Numbered from the stretch's first letter, positions 26,931-41,048 are shown. The stretch is DNA of 64,000 nt from Octopus sinensis (GCF_006345805.1 NC_042998.1:148056001-148120000); one strand, 5' to 3'. Notes: generated by a model not told the origin, from the letters alone. Program-made: numbers and translations.

Positions 26931-29900
26931 GTATATTAAAAATATTTATTCCATAAATATTGTAGAGGAGAAGATAATATTTTATAAGCTGCTTAAAAAT
27001 ACATGGCACATATTTTATTTTTAAATTCTTTGATAGTGCTACCAGCAAGTTGTGTTATAACTATGAGGAAAGTGCATTTTAAATGCCATGTTTCTGGGGC
27101 TTGCACAAAGAAATTTTTTTTTTCTTAAAAAAAAAAGAAACAAAAATTTAGAATTCATTAATTGGGCTACATTTTGTTGCATATCCTTGGTGTTCTCTTG
27201 ACTTAGGGTGGTGCAGTAACAAATAAACTTAAGGAGTTTCAGAGTAAAATACTAATAAAGTATATTTTTAAGTATTTGAGTAATTAAATCTATGAATGTG
27301 AGAAACACCTTATCATTAAGATTGTATTGCTTTTCCATCCCTAAAGAGAATACTATTTTCATATTCTGTGTGTGTGCACACGCGTGCACACACACACATG
27401 CTTCATGGTTGATATGATTTAAAGTCAGTTGTTGAGTTTATGTGTTTTGAAAAGAAGCATTTATATATCCAACTTAGACCTACACACATAAATAAATAAA
27501 TATGTAAAGGTGTATGTTATGTTTGTATGTAATTGGGAACAGCCTTTTGTTTATGAAATATCAGATGAGACATCAACTCTTTTAGTTTGGAGGAATTTTG
27601 AGGTTTCAATTGTAGGAAAAAATTTCTAAATATTTCAATGTCATTTAAGCTTTTGTTATTCCTGAGCATAGAATCTTTTACTAATTAAATTGGTAAAAAA
27701 GACAATATTCAGCCTTTTATCTAGATACTGCTTCTTGTGTGTGTGTGCATGCGTGTGTGTGTGTGTGCGTGCGTGTGTGTGCATGCGTGCTTCTGCTCCT
27801 CCTCTCACACTGGATTTCTTTAAATCCTCAGTGAGAGAGCCTGTTATACTCTATTTACCAGTTTGCTAAAGAATATTAACCATATTATTATTGCTAATAT
27901 ATTTCATAATACATCATCTTCATTGTTATTAGATTTCTTTCTCCTTTTTGCCATGAAAAAATTCAAATGTTATTCCTTTAACTCTGTTGCTTTCAGCTGT
28001 ATGTTAACACTGCATGTTAAACAGTTTGTATGTTAACATTTTGGATAGACCCATAATTACATATCTGTCATAGTTTGTTTTGTGTTTTCTTATTAGCATA
28101 GAAATAATTCTCTCCCCCTCCCTGGTATACAAACTCTACTTGTGGTTAAATGTATTTGAGAAAAACATGAGAGTAAGAGAAAGAAAACTATTAGCTTTCT
28201 CTAAAGTCTAATTAAATATGGTACAATGTTTCTAAACACATGAGTTCATTTGTAAGGTACATATCGTTTAAATCTTTCATGTTCAATTGAATTTCATGGT
28301 TAGACATTGTTTGTACAGTATTTACCGGAGTCTGGTGATATATGATGATAGCAAGCCACTCATGAATCTACTGCCCTCTCTATCTCTCATACAAATTAAT
28401 TAGTCCTATATTTCAACAACCAAGGCCAGCTCTTATTGCTCTAAACAAAGCAGAACAAGAAAGCTGGGATGGATAGATTAATTGTGCCAATATATTTACT
28501 TTTGAGCTTCCAACATTGCTCCAGTTTAACAGAGGAAAAGTAGATTCTGCTGGTTAAATTTATCTAAATGGAAGTTGTTCTTTGTCTTCCTACTGATTGC
28601 AAATGCATGCATGCATGCAAACATACATATATATAATGATTGGTATATATTTGCCGTAGCAATGAATTAGTGTGTTATAATTATATCAATATAATATTTC
28701 TCACTTCTGATCTCTTTAAAGAATAATTTGCAAATAATAGTTTAAATAACTTTTATCCGCTGATACATAATCTACACACACTAATAATTTGTCTTTTTGG
28801 AGCCATTTTTACCTTCCAAAATCTGATTTAAGTTTTCTCTCAATTTCTCAAATTTGGTATGTTTCTTGTTTCAAAAACTCACTCTATCAGGTACCTAAAG
28901 AAAAAAACCTCACTTCAATTTAAAGTTTTCCAATTGTCTTTCTTCAACATTCACAAGACTTGTGTGATGGTTAGTGTCTATTTGTCCATGCTAACTTTTT
29001 CATCCATCCATTTACCAGTCCATCCATTAAATCTAAAAATGATAAAAACATCATTTTTTTTAATAAATAAATATATATATATAAGAAATTAAGAAAAATT
29101 CACTCCAAAAATATTTTCTTTGGTTCATTTTGGAAAAATTTTTCAGTTTAATTTTCTTTAAATCTTGTGAAGTATTTTAATTTCATTTCTCCATCCCTCT
29201 TTCTAACTTAGATTTTTAGTTCCTTGTATTCTTTGATTCAATGGTTGGACCAGTTTGTTAACATTTTTACTCTAGTTCATCACTTAGCTAACATTAACAA
29301 TAACTTTTAATTTATATTATGAAGTACTTCATAGCACTAGCATTATATTGTGGGAGGTATGTATATTATATATGTGGATGGGCCCATACACACACACATA
29401 CACACTCACCTAAATAAAACAAGCTGTTTTGACTTGTTGGGATCATTTCACTTCTGTCAGTAATGCTTTTGGGTTATGCATAATCCCATCCCTACCTTCC
29501 CAATAAATCTAAACTTCTCACACACACACACACTACCATTTCCCCCCTTTTGTCACTAAAATAGATTAATGTAATACTTCTGTGTATCACAGTAGAACTA
29601 GTGTAAACACATTCACTACATGGAATTTACTGATCCATGTTGTAACGGTTATTCTGTAAATGAGTGATGGCAGTAGTTGTGATTTCAACTGCCTGTGCAA
29701 AACACTTCAGATGGTTTTATGTTTTACATATAAATGTTTGTAAATGCTAAGTGTTTGTGTTTAGTGAACAATTGCTATCTTCATCACTATTCTCACAGTG
29801 GATTATCACCTCTTCTGTATTTCTTCAGCTAACGTTCTAACCTCACATTCATCTTTAGTTTCATCTCTCTCTCTTTCTCTGTTTGTGTGTGTGTGTGTCT

Positions 29901-31253
29901 GTCTGTATTCAATCTATGGCATTTTTCTTGACTGCTGCAATTTTTATTTATCGTTTTTGTTTTTTGTTAATTTTAATTTATTTTTTTTACTGCTGAAATG
30001 AACTTTGGAGTGTATGTGTGTGTGTGGGGGGGGATTGTGGAGGTAGTTCAGTATATGCCTAAAATCTAACCATCTAATTAATTCAGGCTGTGAGTGTTCT
30101 AATTCCTGCTCAACTTTGGCTAACACGATATCTGAACTAACATTGCACTGCTCCATTTACATTATAACCTGTTTGCCCCCCACCTCTTTTCCTTGTCTAC
30201 TTTGAAAAAGAAACAGCTCTTATCTGGATTATTAATTGCAACTGCATCATTAACATTCATTCCTGGAACCCCTGGTTTTCATTTTGACTTTTAACTTGGT
30301 CTATAAACGGGTATACACCAGTTCATTCTCCCTAAACATTTCATGTTTTTCTTTTTGATTTTAACTATTGTTCTGTGCTTTTACTTTTGTTCTTCTATTC
30401 TTCCTTCATTCTTGAGGAGTACTGCTCCTGCTCAGATTTTAAATAGATTATTTTAATTTTTTTGTTTTGTTTTTTCATCCATCTGCTTTCATTCCATTGT
30501 TGTGATTATACAATAGTTTCATAAGCTTTCTAGTTTCTATTTGTTCTTAAGTAAATCATTAAAATGGTGAAACTATTTTTCGTTTTTTAAATATGGATCT
30601 TCTATTGTACATATATAGTGTATTTTGTAGAGAGGTTGTGTTTCTTTTGTTCTAATCTCAAGAATTAAAAAATATTTGAAGACATTAAAAGTGTGTGTGT
30701 ATTTGTGTGGTTGTATGAAAATAAAACTAAAGAAACTCAATTTACTCTGTGAGGTTCCAGTGATGCTACAAGAAATTGTATGTTCTCCTTAGTTTGAAGT
30801 GGGTTTTCATTCTTAAAGAGACTGTTTGAATTAAGTTGAAATACCAAAAGGATCCAAATAGATTTAGAGATCACCTAGCCACTCTATGACAGGGAACTGA
30901 ATTTATCCTGCCTGACTTAATTTTTCTGTAATGCCCTTTGTAACAATCATTAAAAATGGGAGACAACTATTAATTAACCTCAAATAAAGGGAAGGATTCT
31001 GTTTTATTTTCCTAGAAAATACATTAAAATTTTATTATTGTTCTTTGGTTTTGCCAATAGTCATTTCTTTTTTATAAAACTGTCTATTCTGTTTATTCTC
31101 CATATTCATGTGCCTATTTAATGCAATCTCTACCACATATAAAAATTTATAGTTTGCTTAATATATACACAAGAAGCACACATATGCTCACAAACAGACA
31201 TCTTTCTCCTCTCTCTCTCTCTCTACATATCTGGTTCATTAAGAAGGGATGTT

Positions 31254-31309
<56 letters not shown>

Positions 31310-31744
31310 CAGAGAATTATTTTGATAAGACAAATGTTGCTGGTCCACTCCAACATTTGTAGCAAGTACATCTGTGTAATAAGTCAACTGAAAGATTAAG
31401 TGTTCTGCTAGCCACTGGCTATGGTGGTGGTGGTGGTCATTTCATATTTTATCTTACACTGCTCAGTTTTATTTTATTATTTTTTAAATCCATCTGCAGT
31501 ATATAGACCAGATGCTGTCTCACCATGGCTGTCCACAAACTACTGACTGTCTCTACATGTCCAATGATTCCTCTCCCTATCTCTCTTGCCCAGTCTCCAA
31601 TCTACTCTGAGTCCGAGTCCTACTCTCGTGTGTATGTGTGTGTACATGTTTACACACGAACACATATTTCCTGCACATATTTACACACATACACACATAT
31701 ACATGTGTGTACATGCATATGTATTTATGTCTATGTGTATGTAT

Positions 31745-31775
<31 letters not shown>

Positions 31776-31779
31776 CATA

Positions 31780-31850
<71 letters not shown>

Positions 31851-32590
31851 TATTTATTATTTTTTTTTTTTTTTTAATTTATGCCCCCCATCTCCTCCCT
31901 GTCCACAAATTATAAGATGCATTTCTCCGAAAAAGGGGAAAACAAAAAACTATGAAATAACAAACCAACAAAAAATTGTGCTCTTTTTCAAAAAAACTTT
32001 TTAAATAATTCCAATTATTGAAATGAAAGAAAAGAAAAAAACTAAAATGAAGCTAATTGGAACCTACTTTGAATATGATAAAGACTGTACAGTTCAAAGC
32101 ACCATTCAGAACTGGTTTTATTACCTTTTTTTTCTTGTTTCATTTTACTTTTGAATGCTGTTTTCAAAGTCTCCGTAATACTTTAAAAAAATTATATAAA
32201 AAAAATTAAAAATAAACAAAATACCTTCATGACTTCTGTGTGTATGTGTGCATGCATATCTGTCTATGTATATATGTATGTGTATGTGTGTGCACAATTC
32301 TATACACACATAAACACTAGTATATATATATAAATATATATACACACACACACACAAGTGTGTGCGCACGTATAGTACGTGTGTTTCTTTAATGAAAAAA
32401 TTTAAACAAAAATGAACTTGTTTGTGAATATTGCAGAACTCAAGCAATTGTATGTACAGAAATTTGGAAAAAAAAACATTAAAAAAAAAAACAAAACAAA
32501 ACAAAAAACCTCCAAAAGACCCAATAAACCTTCTGGTTGCAATATTACAATGTAAGTGAAATAAATTTTGTAAAGAAAAAACAAAAACTG
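24147..32590 (+). other. Putative long 3' UTR of CK1gamma
   Basis: About 8.4 kb AT-rich stretch after the stop in which I recognised none of the SINE/LINE copies common elsewhere; ends at AATAAA (32523-32528, 32560-32565) followed by a GT/T-rich tract. No transcript evidence. Confidence 0.35.
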
Positions 32591-33437
32591 ATGACTTTTT
32601 TGCTGTTATGAATTCGTATGTGTGTGTTTGTGTGAAAAAAAAATTTTATTGATCACACATTGAATCTAATTGGTACCGTTATCAATGCCTCCAGTTCCAT
32701 GTAACTTTCTTCCCTACTCCAATCAACAAAGTGATCCTGGCTGCAAATAAGACAAATCTTCTTTGAATCACATTTTATCATGAAAAAAGAAAACAGATTA
32801 GGTCTGGTAAAGTCATAGTTGGAAGTTGCATCAATCATAGGTTTACTCCAGGGGTGCTGAAGTTATTTGGCTTTGCAGTTCAAATCGAAATATAGTCTAG
32901 AGCTCATGGATCAGACAAGGGAATTAGTCCTTAAAAAAAAAATGTAGGCCAAAATAAACGGATAAAGGGATCAATATACATAACTTAATTTACAATAAAC
33001 GATATGTAGTGGTAGCAAGTTTTGTGTGTAGAGGTGTGTGGAAAAGCTCATCCACATGGTCTATATATATATGAAAAGAGAGAGGTAAGCGAGAGCCCTT
33101 AGAATGAGAACAGAAACAAAAATTGTCTATATGAGATGTTCTTGAGGAGATCAATGTTTGATAGAAAGCTCACTCCATTTCAGCTGCAAAAATTTTACAA
33201 TATCAATCATATCATGAGCATCCATTCAGATGAACATATTTGTGAATTTGAAGAAAAATACTTTCTTTTTACTCAGCATGTATAGACGAAGTGAAGGGGA
33301 AGTAGGTCATCTCTTTTAGTCTTTGGATTCATGAGCTTCATTTATTGAAGCAACAAAAGATTCCCTGAAGTGCAGTGATTTGACTAATTGGAACCAGTAT
33401 CATGAAGAGCTGGGCTTTAACTTGGAACACACATTAG

Positions 33438-33484
<47 letters not shown>

Positions 33485-35601
33485 TATATAGTCATCATCA
33501 TTTAATGTCTGATTTCCATACTGGCATGGGTTGGATGGTTTGACTGGAGCTGGCCAGCTGAAGAGCTGCCTGGGCTCCATGTCTCTTTTGACATGGTTTC
33601 TATGGCTGGATGCTCTTCCTAAAGTCAGTATATATTTATATATATTCTAATATACAACTATAACCTCAAGTCAACAAGAGCTTTGTGGGTGGATTTGGTA
33701 GACAGAAACTAAAAGAAGCCCAATATATATATATATATTTAGGTGTGTATCTGTGTTTTCCGCCTCCCCCACCATTTGATAACTGATGTTGGAGTGTTTA
33801 TGTCTCTGTAACTTAGCAGTTTGGCCAAAGAGACTGAAAGAATAAGTACTTGCAAAGAATAAATCCTGTGGTTGATTTCTTCAACTAAAAAACCTTTTGG
33901 GTGGTGCTCCAGCATGGCCACAGTTAAATGACTGAAACAAGCAAAAGAGATACAAGAAATATATATATATGTATGTATTAGAATAGCTTAAAATGTTTTT
34001 CTACAAAATAGAATAGAGTTGAAGAAAAAAACATTGTTAATAAAAATGGGCTAGTCCTTGCTGGGTTGCCTTTGTTTACATCAGCCACTTAATTAATATT
34101 CAATAGGATTTAGTGTTTCAAAATTACTTAAACTTATATTTATAAAGAGTTGGTGCAGTATGTATGAATGTTAAAAAGTTGGCTTTACAATCACCAGGTC
34201 CAAGGTTCAACCCCACTGTGTGGCATGTTTGATAAATGTGACTAATAATTTTCTAAAAGCCTTGGGTTGACAACATCTTGTGAGTGAAACTAGGTAGTGT
34301 GGAAACTGTACTGAAACCTGGATGGTAGATTGCAATTGTAATTCAACAGGTACAGTCTCGTCATACACAGTGTCACATGTGGAATACTCAGCTGCCTGTT
34401 AATTCAGGTCCTCCAACCAATTTGTAAAGATAATATTGTTTTGTATGGTTTCATCATCATCAAGTTTAACTGTAAATTATTTATTCTGTTTGAGGAAGAC
34501 AAAATTTTACATAAACCACTATCCATCCATTTTATTGTGTTTGTATTTGTGTGTGTTTTGCCTGCTTCATAATACAGAAAGCAAAGTGAAGACTTGATAA
34601 ACATGAATAATCTGTAAAGCAATTAACTGTGTTGAATATGGTAGTGATTGTCAGCTGGTGAAGTTGGTAGGTGGCTAGCTAAAGAATCCTGTCTTCTCTT
34701 GTTGTGTACTGGGTGACCATATCAAGCTAGTAAAGAATGGTCAAGCCAGCGTAATGACATTGAATAAAATACACTTTGATGTTTGGAGACAATCTTGTAG
34801 CATTAACAGTTCCTTACAAGAATCTGATGCTTAAAAAATATCATTATTACCATCATCATTTTATGTTTGTTTTCCAAGCTGGCATAGTTTCTAAGGCCCA
34901 TTCTAACATCCAGCTTTTCTATAGAGTGTATTGTGTGCATTATTTTACCTTTTTTGGCACTTGTGCTATAGACGTTGTCTTCTGGCAAGTCTAAAAAGCT
35001 TTCTGAAGCCCTTGTATTTCTTACTTCTTGATTTGATTTACCAACCAACCACTTACAAAGTGAAATAGTTGCTTGTAGGTGGAACCAGCACTAGAGGGGT
35101 TACCCTGTGTCTTACCAAGCAAAAGACTGCTTTTATGACTGAAAGAGTAGGAGTTAAATAGTATAAATTGGTATTAAACAGATGTTAGAGGATGGTAGTG
35201 GAGACAATAACAGGGAACAATATTTTTCCTTTTTTTTTTTGTTTTTGGAGGCAAGGATGATGGAGAAGACAGGAAGGGGGAGGAGTAATGTCAGAGGTTA
35301 GTATGAAAAAGCGGTATGGGTGAAGGAGTGAGTTGAGTAGGGAGAATAAATAATTGAGAGGAGAGTGAAACCACCATGATATCATTAACTTGTCTTTATG
35401 AGAGTTGAATGCTTAAGAAACAGTAAAACCTATATCTTTCTCTCTTATGTGGCAGCAAACAATTTTAACTCCAGGTTGAAGTAATTGTATTTTTATAATG
35501 CCTTTAGAGAAAGAATAAACTCTACAATTAGTTACTAACTACATCTAGAATTTTATAATTCTTCATATCTACTCAAAAATAAGCTAATATTTTGTCTTGT
35601 T

Positions 35602-35817
35602 AAGGTGGCAAGCTGGCAGAAATGTTAGCATGCTGGGCGAAATGCTTAGCAGTATTTCATCTGTCTTTATGTTCTGAGTTAAAATTCCACTGAGGTTGAC
35701 TTTGCCTTTCATCCTTTTGGGGTCGATATATTAAGTACCAGTTGCGTACTGAGGTTGATCTATTTGACTGACCCCCTCTCCCAAAATTTTGGGCCTTGTG
35801 CCTAGAGTAGAAAAGAA
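35602..35817 (+). mobile_element. tRNA-derived SINE (CpG-decayed copy)
   Basis: Same family as 40470-40674 (ggcagaa..gttagca.gc.gggcgaaatg...ttctgagtt.aaattcc...gactttgc.tttcatcc) with CG replaced by TG/CA. Confidence 0.75.
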
Positions 35818-35970
35818 TATTTTGTCTTGTTCCTATGAAGACAATGGCTGCAGGTGGCTGAAGTAGGAGACACTTTGTCTAGCCAAACATGAATCCTCAA
35901 TGATTGTGAGGTATTTGTGATGTGGATCTCCAAACAACAAGCCTCTTTTTTTTCTTAATGGCATGTTAAC

Positions 35971-36183
35971 TTAACCATTTTGTTACTGTATTTATTTTGA
36001 GATGCTCTGTATTTCTTTCAATTACTTTAAATATAACAAAGAAATTCAGTAAAATAACTTAGTTATCATTCAGCTAGTGTTAGGAGCATAAACTTAGGTT
36101 TGGAGGAAGATTTTAATTCAAAACTTATGAAATCAAGACATTTGTACTCAGAGCCAGGGCCGGGTTGGTAATGAAAAGGTTAA
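35971..36183. mobile_element. piggyBac-type MITE
   Basis: ttaaccattttgttac ... gtaatgaaaaggttaa termini, related to the TIRs at 12621-13706. Confidence 0.6.
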
Positions 36184-39100
36184 GGGAATTCTTAAATCTT
36201 TAGATTATTTTTTCAAGTGGAGTGAATCCATTTGTTACTTATGATACATTCTTTGAGGCAGAGACAATTTTAATAAATCAAGAGTTGTATGGTATTTGAT
36301 ATGCTTTTATGTTGCACATCAATAACTTTACTTTCATAAGTCTTTATACTCAAAAAAGTAGAGTTAGGTTTTTAAAAAAAAAAAAACAATGTAACATTCT
36401 CTGCACGTAGACAAACACAGATGTTTTATAACATTTCATTGGTTGCTTCAAGGTGATGGATTCCAAACTTAATAGCAGAATCAAGACAAAGCAATGACCA
36501 ACACAGCAAAAAATAAAACAAAACAAAAAAAAGAACCTCCTTGTTATGGATTAATGAACATTTCAACAGCAAACACCTGGTATATACCTGTCCAAACCAA
36601 GTTGGTAACAGAAAGGGGAAGGTAAGAAACAGAAACAAAAAAAATGAAGGCAAAACATGAGCTCCAAGAAGAAATTCTTACTGTGTACCTAACTTAACTA
36701 TCTAATTAATATTTTAAAAAAGCAAGAGAGTAAAATTTTCCTGCTGCCCCTTGTGTTATGCCTTTTTTATTCTGTGTACATATCTTTCTGAGATCAACTT
36801 TTTCTTTTGTCCAGGTATTGATAATGTAAACACCAATGAAATAGTGATGGTTCATGGTTTAGTGATCAGGTGATGGCATTCACATTCAAGATGATGGTTT
36901 TGATTCCAGAGGGCAGATTGTTATGCTCTCTGGTGAAACACTTCATTCAACTGTAAATGAGTAACTCTGTGAGGGACTGGTGTCCCATTCAAGAGGATTG
37001 TTGGAATCTTGCTCTATAGAAATAGGGTAACTGGCCCTGTAAGTCCTAGGACTAATAATGTATAATATATCTATCTCTCTGAGCATGCTGAGTGAAGTAG
37101 TTGTCTGTCAGTTAAATTGACTAGACATCACCCCTTGTCTTAAAGTTTTTAATCTTAGACCCTAAGTTAGAACACATCGTTACTAACATTAGCTTAGTTT
37201 ACAAAGATTTGTGTATCTGGTAACACCTTTTTGAATCCAAGTTCAAATTCTGCTGGGTGTGATTAAATCAATGCTGCTTTATATTTATAATTCTATATGA
37301 AAGTAAGAAAAAATGCCTTCTAGATAATATTTAGTTACATTTCTAGTTCAAATCCTACTGGAAGTAATTTTGATTTTCCTTCTTCAGGAGTCAATAAAAA
37401 GAATTACTAGTTACATATAGTGGTTGATAATTTATGCAATTTAGAAATAACTATTAGAAATATTAGTTATTGCATAGATTCTTGACTGATTAAAAGTAAA
37501 AAAGAAGGGATAAATTGAAAGAAATTTGTTTTACTTCATCAATCTTCCATTCGACCTTAAATTAATAAATTAATCTTTCATTCAACTTCAAATTTATAAA
37601 CAAATGTGTATTTATCTCAACCTCATGCCATCAGGTCACATTATCTTAAAAACAGCATAGAATGCAGGCATCTGTGTAGACTCAGGTCAAATTTATGGAG
37701 CATTTCATGTGTACCAATCTTTTTTTTATGTATTGAAACATCCATATATCTTCATACCCCATAAATAAAGTAAAGGAATAATCCAACCTGCTAGAAATAA
37801 CAGCCAAATCTTATACTAATCTTAAAATGGATTAATATACTTGGTAAAGTAGTTTTCAATATAAGCAAGAAAAAAATACAGGAAAGTGAAAGACTGGAGT
37901 ACCACTTGAACAGTGCGAGTTCTACTGACAGAAATGGTTGAAAAAGAAGTCCATCACAAGTAGACGGATCTGAAGGTGATGACTGCACAAAACTGACTTT
38001 AAAATCTGAAAAAGGTAAGTTTTACAGCAAAATTCTCACAGAAACTCTATCAAATATCATTTACCAAAACTTGTAAATATATGTGAAACATTTCAAACCA
38101 TATGGTTAGTAATTTCAGCTGGAAACAGTTATTACCTCCCCTACTCAAGGCAACAAAGTTTGCACAAAACATTTTTTTAAAATCTTCAACACTCATCAGA
38201 CAATTAAAAAATATTAGAATATTATACAAGTGGCCTAAAAATCCCTTTTATGCAAATAGAAGTAAATATCATCACACATGACACTGATTCCATTATAGTT
38301 CTGAGAACAATTTTTCAACAGTATCACAACCCCTTAAGTAACTATACACTTCATATGAGGGCATTCAAAATAAAACCTTAGAAATCTAGATATGTAAGTA
38401 CATACACACATATGTACCACAACTATCTGTGTTACCAGTTTGTATACCCTAACTGTAACCTCTTAGCACTTTCCCGAATGCTATCATTATAAGAGACTTC
38501 CAGACGCTCACCGCATCCTGATATAAAAACAACACTGATAATACAAGGTGGCAATAGTATCTCACGTAAACTTCCTCTACATCCTAAACAACCAATGTTA
38601 ACACATCTACATCCATGACTGAGAAAACAACAAATCCCTCCCCATACATCACTCACTACCACATTGCAAACTATTCTCAAACTCTTTCCCAATCGTATAC
38701 TCATCATAATCACAACTCATTCAAAGTCCCAGACAGTCACTACTGATGGCATTGTTATTTTGGGACGTAGATTTATTTAGTTATTTCTTTAAAAGCATAC
38801 TGCTTTAGAATGTTGTAGTAGAAGTGCTCTGAAGTGTTTGTGCATATAGAGGCAGGCGATTGTGAAGATCGGAATTCAGTTGCGAAAATTGAATGGAAAT
38901 AGGTGAGGGTTGGCGACAAAAAGAACATCCGGCTCTTGAAAATCTACCTCATTATCTCTTCAAAGTCTGGCCAGACAGCAAACCCCCAGTGCAAGCAATT
39001 CTCTTTTTTTTTAACGCATTTGGTGTCGCTGGAATATCGAACTCACGTATAACAACACCATGTGACCTAGTTTGACCACTGGCAGTCCAGTTTTCCGGTA

Positions 39101-39573
39101 GCCATCTTGAACTTACTACATCGTCTCCATTCAGTTAACTGGCCCCGACGAGCTAGTTTTCTGTAAAAGCCAACATAACTTCAAGTCAAGTGGGGGGCCG
39201 AATCAAACAGTTTTAAGTAATAATAATAATCTTTTCTACTATTGGCACAAGGTCTGAAATATTAGGGGAAGGGGATAGTGTATCACATTGGCCCCCCTAT
39301 GTTTAACTGGTATTTACTTTATTGACCCCGAAAGGATGAAAGGCAAAGTTGACCACAGCGGATTTTGAATGCAGAACGTAAATTTGAACGAAATATCGCA
39401 AAGCATTTTGTCCAGTGTGCTAACGATTTGTAGAACGACCGTGCGAAAAGGAGAGGTGACGAATGAATGACTCCTTTAGACACCGCACGGGCGCCTTACA
39501 ATAATAGCCAAAATATGAATAAATGAATACAAGTGCCAAGAAGGAAGAAGGAGAAGACGACACAACCGTAATA

Positions 39574-40223
39574 TGTTAAGAGAAAGGTTTTATTTAGATG
39601 ATAGCAAAGTGTGTGTCCGTGAGTGCGACATAAGTACATATATAATAAGAACAATAGTAATAGACAGTAGACAGGTCGTCAAGCATACATAATGTGTAAG
39701 TGTGTACAAACAAGGGTGTATGCATGTGAGATAAAATACAGAGTATAGAAAGTCTATAACAGGACGCTAGAAGATCAGACATAAAGAAGTTAAATACCAG
39801 TTCGTAGTAAGTTACACAATAGTTAGTTTTGTACAAGAAATTGAGGCTACAAATTGCAGAGCCGGTTGAAACTCATGTCGATTAAGCGGTTGTAGCTTTT
39901 ATGCTGTGCCGGGTTACTTGATACAAGAAATTCTCGCAGGTTGTGCTAGCTGTTAACCATGGTGAAGTATTCACAAACAGCGTGAAGTTAAACCTAGGCA
40001 AAGTTACTGTTGCTGTGTACGTAGACATGTTGTTGGCGTAGATAAAATGAAGGTAGCGGTGGTGGAGACGACGTTAAGATGAAGGCGACGGTGGTGAAGG
40101 TCCTGAATACTGCTGGTGCTGGTGTTGTCGCTGGAACTGGCTGTGCTTCGCTGGATGCTCTGTGGTCAGAGGTTAGTCCTTAGAAGGACTAGAACCAAAG
40201 ACGCGATATGGTTTGTTGTGACA
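39574..40223 (-). mobile_element. Possible solo LTR / LTR fragment
   Basis: TGTTA...TGACA ends; on the minus strand AATAAA lies shortly before the terminal ACA; CpG-rich. No TSD, PBS or PPT found. Confidence 0.35.
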
Positions 40224-40469
40224 AGCTTTATAGAGATTAGTAGGCTCCAGAAGAGAATTTAGAAGACTGTGTCACGGGACTTTAGAAGTTTAATACTTAT
40301 TATAATAGACTGTCCCCCACCAACCCAACACATACCCCACCATACAAATCGTACTCCCACACATACATAGACACACCACACATTACACACCGCACGTTAA
40401 CATTAAAAAAAACCTATGACCTTATTCTTTACAGAAAGAAAACAGTCCAACGAACACAGTATATATACC

Positions 40470-40674
40470 AAGCGGCGAGTTGTCAGAATCGTTAGCACGC
40501 CGGGCGAAATGTTTAGCCGTATTTCGTCTGCCGCTACGTTCTGAGTTCAAATTCCGCCGAGGTCGACTTTGCTTTTCATCCTTTCGGAGTCGATTAAATA
40601 AGTACCAGTTATGTAATCGACTTAATCCCTTTGTCTGTCCTTGTTTGTTTAGCCCCTTGTGAGCAATAAAGAAT
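40470..40674 (+). mobile_element. tRNA-derived SINE (CpG-intact copy)
   Basis: gcggcgagttgtcagaatcgttagcacgccgggcgaaatg...gagttcaaattccgccgaggtcgactttgcttttcatcctttcggagtcgat; relatives on the minus strand near 39270-39430 and 52920-53090. Confidence 0.8.
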
Positions 40675-40930
40675 TACATATACCAATACCCCCGGAAAAA
40701 ATTATGTATATGACACCACTACACATATCACATACCCCATCTCCATATGAGCACCACATTGATAATACAGATTTCCCCACTTCGGTTTCATAACATACTC
40801 AACCAAGGGACATAAGTCCTAACCTAATCCCCTGGCTCTTTTTCGTTTCACCACCTTTTTCACAGCAGCTGCCGACCGGTTGTGCTAATTCACCTCCGAT
40901 AATAGCGAGCAGTCGCCATATTCCCTTCCA

Positions 40931-41031
40931 TATCGCCTAACTCTGATGAGGATAAAGTTATATAATCGAATTGTTACCTAACACTCCTTTGTATTCTTTA
41001 CGCGAAACTGATTGTTAGGTCAGTCGTGATG
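40931..41031 (+). ncRNA. Degenerate type I hammerhead ribozyme-like motif (probable remnant of another PLE end)
   Basis: CTGATGA (40943-40949)-G...C-GAAA (41004-41007); 6-bp stem III actgat/gtcagt; GUC triplet ending at 41025; stem I tatcgc/gtgatg offset by a 6-nt insertion; stem II partly mispaired. Confidence 0.45.
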
Positions 41032-41048
41032 ATATTTAATTATATATA

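Noticed and set aside
31525-32004. 159-aa and overlapping ORFs, and similar ones at 24.6-25 kb, 50.9-51.2 kb, 53.7-54 kb, 55.7-56 kb and 62.6-63.6 kb
   Set aside because: They are translations of (TA)n, (CA)n, (ATCT)n or (CCT)n microsatellites (YIYI, THTH, CVCV, poly-P/G) that lack stops by composition.
32653-32838. 61-aa minus-strand ORF ending next to AATAAA
   Set aside because: An in-frame stop lies just upstream, no compatible acceptor was found and no homology was recognised; more likely 3' UTR of a convergent transcript.
37860-38014. Exon-like segment with a strong plus-strand donor (ag|gtaagt) and a minus-strand acceptor
   Set aside because: Plus-strand frames contain stops, the strand is ambiguous and no homology was recognised, so it is not called as CDS.
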